Source: Vicugna vicugna (Eukaryota). Taken from it: 64,000 nucleotides of DNA. A model generated the notes under the pieces. That model worked only from the letters and a program-made list of their open reading frames with translations, made no database searches and was not told where the DNA came from. This document shows positions 62,958 through 64,000 of this stretch, one piece after another. Position 1 is the first letter of the stretch; each line of letters starts with the position of its first letter. Where the stretch lies: positions 62,001-126,000 of the forward strand of contig MU057744.1 of the NCBI GenBank assembly GCA_013265495.1. Direction: 5' to 3'. The position numbers and the translations under genes were made by a program.

Positions 62958-63364
62958 TTTAAGAGAGACTACCAAGAGGGAGAGCGTGTCACCGAAACCG
63001 TTGTGATCTTTGAATTTCGGGGGTACATACTCGTTTGCAACAAGAAGAGCAAATCTGTTGCCGTGAGAATAAGTTAACTTGTCTAAGTTGCCCTGTCAAA
63101 ATAGTTACTGAAATTAAAATTGATAGGTAAGTTATCAAAGCCCCAAAAGTACAAAGAAGTGATTATTCCTATTTAAGTCACGGATTAATTACGTTATAAT
63201 GTCATTTTCCGTGCTCTGTGTCACGTGGCTGGTGACCACCTTATTGCAAAGTGCTGATCTTGCATACCGTGCACGGTATATCTAGCCCTCTTCTGTCTCA
63301 GGGAGACAGGGACATAGGGTAACTTATTTATGGTTAGGTAGACTAATGGAAATAATGCTGTTTT

Positions 63365-63545
63365 GAGTTCAGACACGGGCCCAGGTTAGTTAGATGAGCA
63401 GCATAATCTTGGGCTTTCTGAATCTTAATTTTCTCAGGTTGCAAAACTACGTAATGCCTCTAAGTTGGTTTTGTAAAAAATTAAGATGTTTGAGGTACCC
63501 ACCACCATTCCTGACAGAGGGAAGGCCCTATGAATGCTGGCTGTA
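63365..63545. mobile_element. MIR fragment in TOMM20 intron 1
   Basis: GAGTTCAGACACGGG...CTTTCTGAATCTTAATTTTCTCAGGTTGCAAAA is MIR-like; a second one lies at ~63750-63895. Confidence 0.45.
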
Positions 63546-64000
63546 AGTATACATACTGGAATTTAGATCAGTTTCCTGTAGTTTTCAGAAACAGTTGGGG
63601 TGGTGGCATGGGTGCAGAGCTCTAGAAAGAACGGATTAAGCCTTTCTTCCTTTGGAGAAATTGCAGTCCTGTTGTTCAGAACCTTGAGAAAACTAATTTT
63701 TGGTTGAAGAAATCATAAAAGCTATCATTTTGGACAAATGGAGAAATCTCTTCTCTTTAGAATTTCTTTTCCATCTACAATCTATACTCCAGGGCAGCTG
63801 ACTTTAAGCTGTGATTTCACTCTTTTGTAAAAGGGTATCATAAATGTAGAGTTTAATACAGTACCTGGCACATGGTAAATGATGAATGCTAAAGATTGAG
63901 TTTAATTATTATTTGATGTTTTCATTAGCAGGTAAAACTTAGGGTGATTTTGCAATCTGTTTAAAGGTAATTGTATAATTGGCTGATTTAAAAAACTTGA

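Overview
This is mammalian genomic DNA, almost certainly from a camelid (camel, alpaca or vicuna). The evidence is a dozen copies of a tRNA-Ala-derived SINE matching my recollection of the camelid Vic-1 family, plus young artiodactyl-type L1 3' ends. The first ~61.9 kb has no protein-coding gene I can recognise. It is a GC-rich, repeat-rich intergenic tract containing L1, L2, MIR, MLT1/MLT2, MER21, three intact solo ERV1-type LTRs with 4-bp TSDs, MER53, MER58A and several orphan CpG-rich patches. The window ends in the TOMM20 CpG-island promoter and coding exon 1 (62369-62489, + strand), with the H/ACA snoRNA SNORA14 (62823-62957) in intron 1. Nearly all entries in the ORF track are spurious. 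I found no convincing novel multi-gene system. The best leads are regulatory: (1) a solo LTR carrying a ~23-bp-periodic CCAAT/octamer array that points at an orphan CpG island with a strong CTCF site; (2) a MER53 hairpin with a near-perfect miR-1302 arm; (3) a (CCG)11 repeat and an in-frame GUG poly-Arg extension in the TOMM20 5'UTR; (4) the apparent absence of RBM34 upstream of TOMM20, which suggests a rearrangement. Repeat family names come from memory of consensus sequences, not from a RepeatMasker run, and boundaries of old repeats are approximate.
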